A DNA stretch of 63,740 nucleotides, filler included, from Octopus bimaculoides (lineage: Eukaryota), in the NCBI RefSeq assembly GCF_001194135.2. It is 11 parts of 11 records of this genome, joined end to end, with 100 filler letters (N's around TTAATTAATTAA, not from the genome) between each part and the next. Parts side by side here need not be neighbours in the genome. Positions count along the whole stretch, not along the records: positions 62,634 to 63,740 come from NW_026399842.1; 10 more parts are not named here. The stretch is one strand, 5' to 3'. Below are positions 62,534-63,740 of this stretch, piece after piece. The first letter of the stretch is position 1, and each line of letters starts with the position of its first letter. A program made the translations under genes and the position numbers. Below the pieces are notes generated by a model. It saw only the letters and a program-made list of their open reading frames with translations, was not told where the DNA came from and did no database searches.

Positions 62534-63740
62534 NNNNNNNNNNNNNNNNNNNNNNNNNNNNNNNNNNNNNNNNNNNNTTAATTAATTAANNNNNNNNNNN
62601 NNNNNNNNNNNNNNNNNNNNNNNNNNNNNNNNNTATGTTAAAAGAAAAACATCTGACCCACCTTTTTCCTCCTTTATTGTACTTTTCACAAAGAAGGAGA
62701 ACTACTGCCACAAGTGGATGTGTGAAAAACAAAATTTGAATTTTGAAAGTGTATCTATAAAGTGACATTTCAAGTCATTTATTTAACCTTCCTCTGCTAA
62801 TTCATCAAATTCAATTACTTGAAATAGATGGGTTTTGAGGATTAAATATGGTGATTTTCTTAGATGTTTTCTTGTGCATAAGAAGTCCACTGAACTTGAA
62901 GTGTGTGGCCCTATGGTTTAAATCCATACAAAATTTTAGCTTAAAGTTATAGAATTTACCAAAAAGAACAACAGTACATACAACCTCTAGGAAATTTGAT
63001 GTTGTCAAGGGCAACATTAGACTAAGGAAAGAAAAAAATAGAAAAAAGCCCAACATCCTTAAAACAAAAGTTTCTGTGCAAAACAGGAACCATGGAAGTT
63101 CTAGTATTTGTGTTTTATGTGTTTTAAAATTTGTATTTTCTCAGTCATATTGTCAAAATATACCAGAGAGAATCAGAACAGTATTACTTTAATAATGCAG
63201 TCAATATGCACAATTACTAGATTAAGTGTAAAAAAACAAAATCTAATTTGGAGGAGGGTGAATGGGATACATTAAAAACCAGCAGAAGACAGATGGGAAT
63301 TGTCTTTTCTTCTCACCACCATGAACCAGTCCATGTTTACATTGATTTGAATAGAGTTCATGTGTAACCAAACTTATTTATTAAAATAATCATAAAATAA
63401 TATTTTGTCTTTCCCTGACTCTTGTCTAGTTTTATCTTTGTAATTATCTTTTTCATGATACAGTTATTATCATTTCTTTTCGTGTCTCAGTTCTTTGTTC
63501 TCATTACTATCTAGTACCTATAAAATTATGGAAGAATACACTAATAAAACTGGAAAATAATGGTTTATTTTCTTGACTGCATTATCAAGTAATAACTGTT
63601 TCCCATGTTAACATGGGTTTAATACTTTGACAGGATCAGATAAATGAGAGGACCATGAAAGAGAAATGAGGGAGTCATAGATGTAGGCTGCAGATGGAGA
63701 GGGTACAACTGATTTACAGAGTTGAAAAAAATTCAGTCTC

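Noticed and set aside
4463-62589. Ten regularly recurring TTAATTAATTAA 12-mers that look like a dispersed regulatory repeat or array
   Set aside because: Each sits in the centre of a 100-bp N block and encodes stops in all six frames: an artificial scaffolding linker.
63131-63186. Possible 37-nt micro-exon (ttttctcag|...|gtatta)
   Set aside because: Weak donor, no partner exon in the window and no recognisable peptide.
1-63740. CRISPR arrays, rRNA genes or prokaryotic operon-like systems
   Set aside because: No constant-repeat/variable-spacer array, no rRNA-like sequence and no gene-dense region; the DNA is eukaryotic.

Overview
AT-rich, microsatellite- and retroposon-dense eukaryotic DNA with about 5 kb of N. 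From my recognition of the SINE and LINE families it is most likely a coleoid cephalopod (Octopus); this is not verified by a search. Ten 100-bp scaffold joins carry the artificial six-frame-stop linker TTAATTAATTAA, so order and orientation across them are uncertain. There is one convincing host gene: a rhodopsin-class GPCR with an uninterrupted coding region (22795-23877, +, 360 aa), several non-canonical activation residues, plausible upstream splice acceptors and a downstream poly(A) signal. The rest is mostly decayed mobile DNA: RTE-clade LINEs (one family with a PHD finger in ORF2), a Tx1/L1-type 3' end, three Penelope-like element (PLE) fragments, a Tc1 transposon, mariner-derived MITEs, a Gypsy LTR-PBS-gag-protease fragment and about 25 tRNA-derived SINE copies. 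The most notable unannotated signals are six hammerhead-ribozyme-like motifs (two in PLE tails, two in a short non-autonomous repeat, one stand-alone, one in the GPCR leader), a 98-nt near-perfect hairpin at 43769-43866, a GPCR Asn2.50 codon that one A-to-I edit would convert to the canonical Asp, and a foldback element near 61.7 kb. Almost all ORFs in the supplied track are microsatellite or N-gap artefacts. Coordinates were counted by hand, and repeat boundaries are approximate.
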